A stretch of DNA of 63,602 nt, counting the filler, from Globobulimina sp. (lineage: Eukaryota): the NCBI GenBank assembly GCA_003354225.1. It is 38 parts of 38 records of this genome, joined end to end, with 100 filler letters (N's around TTAATTAATTAA, not from the genome) between each part and the next. Parts side by side here need not be neighbours in the genome. Positions count along the whole stretch, not along the records: positions 60,353 to 61,927 come from PIVH01014633.1; positions 62,028 to 63,602 come from PIVH01014634.1; 36 more parts are not named here. One strand, written 5' to 3'. Positions 60,253 to 63,602 of the stretch are shown here, piece after piece. The notes beneath the pieces are model-generated. The model ran no database searches. It was given only the letters and a program-made list of their open reading frames with translations, and was not told the DNA's origin. The translations under genes and the position numbers were made by a program. The stretch's first letter is position 1. Every line of letters begins with the position of its first letter.

Positions 60253-60600
60253 NNNNNNNNNNNNNNNNNNNNNNNNNNNNNNNNNNNNNNNNNNNNTTAA
60301 TTAATTAANNNNNNNNNNNNNNNNNNNNNNNNNNNNNNNNNNNNNNNNNNNNGATCATCCCAAAAAAACCAACTAAAAACTAAATAATTTGGCTTCCATA
60401 AAAGTACTGAATAAACAGATATGATCTTAATTAATTAAATTAAGTATGTACCTACAGTATACCCACAAAGTTACTAAAGGGAACCTACATAAAGGTCGAT
60501 TTGGAATGGCTCAAGATAGTTAACTACACTAATAATGGAAATTTTTACTCAGTACCTGCTGAGCCACTAAAATTTAACTAATAAAATTAAAAAATTTTAA

Positions 60601-61927
60601 TTACTGGATGGCTATCAAACATTCCCATAAATCAGTCATTTTCGTTCCATACCAATACATGTCCTCAACAGTCAAACCTGGGTGCTGTTCTATTAAGTTC
60701 TCAACCTTCTTAAGGGTTATATTGGTCTCCTCAATATAATCACTTATTTCGAAACGTCTTTGTATGCTTGTTACCTCAGACTGTAGTGTCTCATCAGTAT
60801 AATCTCTGTATGGTCGTATGAAGATTATATTATCTGATTGTTTTGACCACATAGGTACTATTTGTAGACCTCGCTTTTCAAACCCTGCCTTTAAAATTGT
60901 CATATCGGAGACAGACACACAAGCACCAGGTTCCACGACATACAGTTTTTTTCTCTTAATTGGAGTTGTATAGGTCTCTATAAGAAGGGTATCTTTTAGG
61001 GCAATAGAGTAATAAATTGACATCTCCCAATCAGTCTGCGCGGAAACTTCAGCAGTCTGAGGATTGGGCAATATCTGTGATGATTGAGTTACCATTGATT
61101 TAGTCTCTTCTAAATGATTTTTAGGTACCACGATAGGGGGGGCGTCATTACTCACTTTAGGAGGTTTTAGCTCGATTTTAGACTTTAAGGGTCCCGTGCA
61201 TAAATAACGCCAATGACCAGCGATGTTACATTTATTGCAAACATAAGGTGGGTCAGGAATAGGGTATTTTAGCGAACGACGAGCGCGTCTGTCAAGATAA
61301 AATTTTTTTTTCTTGACAGATTTATAACGAAAATTTTCCCATGGTGTAAATTTTTGACGATTTTTTTGGAATTTTCGCACAGGAAGTGACGCATGATTGA
61401 CGCTATAGGTGGTGGGGGGCGCAGACATTTTAGGGTCAAACTGTGTACTATCGTTCACATTAATAGTAGGAAAAAATGAGGAATTAGGTGTTGTATCATC
61501 ACATAGTATGTAACGAATTTTCCTCTTTTTACTACAAGTTTGATCCCTCTCGGATATATGGTCATTTCTCTCTGAATAAACCTCACTTTGTAAATATGAT
61601 GACACATTACTCTCCCCTACCGAGTGTGATTGTTTGGAATTTGATGGTATACATTTATTAAGCACTGAATCCAATGGTAACTTACATGACTCAGACTGAA
61701 CTATTGTTTGTTCATAATGGTTGATTGATGTGTTATAATCAGGTTGAATAAACAGTGCAGTTGATTGGGCCACAGGAGAACATTCAACTATAGTAGTGTC
61801 TCCTGTGTCAGAGAGCATAACCTCATCAGTTTCCAACTGGGGTAACTCCTGATTAATCCATTGTTGCCATTGTCTCTCTATAATTTGTGGTTGAATTGAT
61901 TGTTCTATAGAGTGGTTATTTAGCCCT
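60601..61927 (-). CDS. CCHC zinc-knuckle protein (possibly retroelement ORF1/gag-like), partial
   Basis: PPYVCNKCNIAGHWRYLC. Confidence 0.5.
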
Positions 61928-62500
61928 NNNNNNNNNNNNNNNNNNNNNNNNNNNNNNNNNNNNNNNNNNNNTTAATTAATTAANNNNNNNNNNNNNNNNN
62001 NNNNNNNNNNNNNNNNNNNNNNNNNNNTAGTAGTGAGGTAGCGCGAGCGCCAACCTGCTTTAACACATAAATTGCGTCGACTGTTGCAGTACGATGACAT
62101 ACAACAAGAGAGAATATCAAAGGTAGATGGAGTGCAATATCCAAAGAACAAACTCTCACAGAAAAAACTGTTTGATCCCGTTTCTGTTCAACCAGGTATG
62201 TAAAGAAAATAAAACAAATAAAAACACAAATATGTCAATAAACATAAACTCCTTCAAAATAAATATTAAATCAGCACTTATTCAACAATATAATTATTTG
62301 TATCAAAAAAACTAATAATCGCACCATAGACAAGTAATGGTTGAGAATTGCATCCATTTTATGCTTAATTTGCTTATTAAATAGAATCTCACGTTTGTTT
62401 AAAATTATTAAGTTATTTCCGATGTTAATTTGAGAAAAGAAAACTGCTGAGCTAAAACTGCAATATGCTCTCTGATTAAGTAGTGTCAATTCTGCAACTT

Positions 62501-63602
62501 ATGGGCTGTTCGATAAGTGCTGCAAAAGAGCTCTCCGATACGTCAACATCTGCCGTTTTTTATCCAAGGAAAAGTAAGTCACAATTATTAGTAACCGGAT
62601 ATGTTAGAAACGCTATTTCTCAATACATCCATAGAGATATTGTTAATATCATTCGTGCATTTCATCATTCACTTCTATTGGAATTATATTCTATTGGGGC
62701 AAACAAATATGGCCAACAAGGAAATGGCCGAAATTATCCTATTAACAAAATAACAAAAATCAAAACATTTAAAAAAACAATCAAAAATATTGTAACTTGT
62801 GGTGGTTATTGTGGTGTAGCTGCATATATTTTATTTGATGATAAAACATATGAATGTTGTGGTTATAATAGATTTGGTGTATTAGGTCTTGGACATTATA
62901 ACAATATTAATATGTGGCATCAAATAAAAGATATGAAAATTAAAAATATTTATTCATCACCAAATGGATCACATCATTCATTTTGTATTTCAAATGAGAA
63001 TAAATTATATGCTGTCGGACGGAATTATAATAATCAATTTGGTATCCATCATTTATCAAATTCTGGAATGGATTTATCAAATAATAATAAATGGACACAA
63101 ATTAATACTCATTATCGAAATCGAATGTCGATTCAAAAAGTAGCCACAGCCAGGCAATATACAACATTTTTAAGTACAAATGGCAAGATATATGTTGCGG
63201 GTAAAGACGATGGTGATGGTGGTTTAGGATTAGGTGAATATATTAAATCATCACCAAATATTCAAGAAATTCAAACACAAATAAAATTTAAGGATATATA
63301 TTGTGGAATGAGACATACATTGGCTATTGATGATAATTATGGTGTTTGGTCATGGGGAAATGGAAGAGGTGGTCAATTAGGTCATGGCGATTTTAATAAT
63401 AGATATTCAGCAAAAAGAATAAAATATTTTATTAAAAACAATATTAAAATTGGTAAAATATGTTGTGGTGCTTATCATAATATATTATTATCATTAAATA
63501 ATAAAGTTTTGATCTTTTTGTGTTTTGTCATATAGATATATATTAATAAATAAATAAGATATATTGTTTTGGATGGAATGAGTTATTAACAAACCTGGAA
63601 CA
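62501..63602 (+). CDS. RCC1-repeat protein with MGC N-terminus, 3'-partial
   Basis: GANKYGQQG, GYNRFGVLGLG, CGMRHTLA, WSWGNGRGGQLGHG, CCGAYH. Confidence 0.9.

Noticed and set aside
1579-62027. Regularly spaced TTAATTAATTAA motif and ~1.68-kb periodicity as nanochromosomes or a repeat system
   Set aside because: The motif is embedded in N runs, is identical every time, and separates size-sorted contigs: an artificial concatenation spacer.

Overview
This window is not one locus. It is 38 unrelated, size-sorted contigs (1578 down to 1575 bp) joined by an artificial 100-bp spacer (44 N + TTAATTAATTAA + 44 N), so nothing can be inferred across spacers. Most contigs come from an AT-rich, gene-dense eukaryote with short GT-AG introns (mostly about 40-75 nt) and the standard genetic code. 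The gene content (orphan 7TM proteins, RGS proteins, divergent G-alpha, RCC1 repeats, NRT2 nitrate transporter) suggests a foraminiferan or other rhizarian; this is an inference. There is at least one bacterial fragment and some probable amplification chimeras. Recognisable genes include two head-to-head anoctamins (one missed by the ORF track), KDM5, a 3'-5' exonuclease, NRT2, 7TM-RGS, a globin, SelO, GST, a Gal-3-O-sulfotransferase, a plant-type PPR-E+ protein, a LAGLIDADG relic, Ty1/copia and hAT elements, BTG/Tob, a sulfatase and G-alpha. The best candidate for an undescribed system is a family of ~105-115 bp TIR elements (TIR GTAATATTT(T)CCNNTCAAAAC) that make up almost the whole of frame-restoring GT-AG introns in two unrelated genes, i.e. 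an introner-like intron-generating MITE. Other leads are a PPR protein with RNA-editing-type E/E+ domains, two contigs that close on themselves as ~1.46-kb circles or tandem units, ultra-short divergent intergenic regions carrying splice acceptors, and an array of GCGAAGC mini-hairpins.
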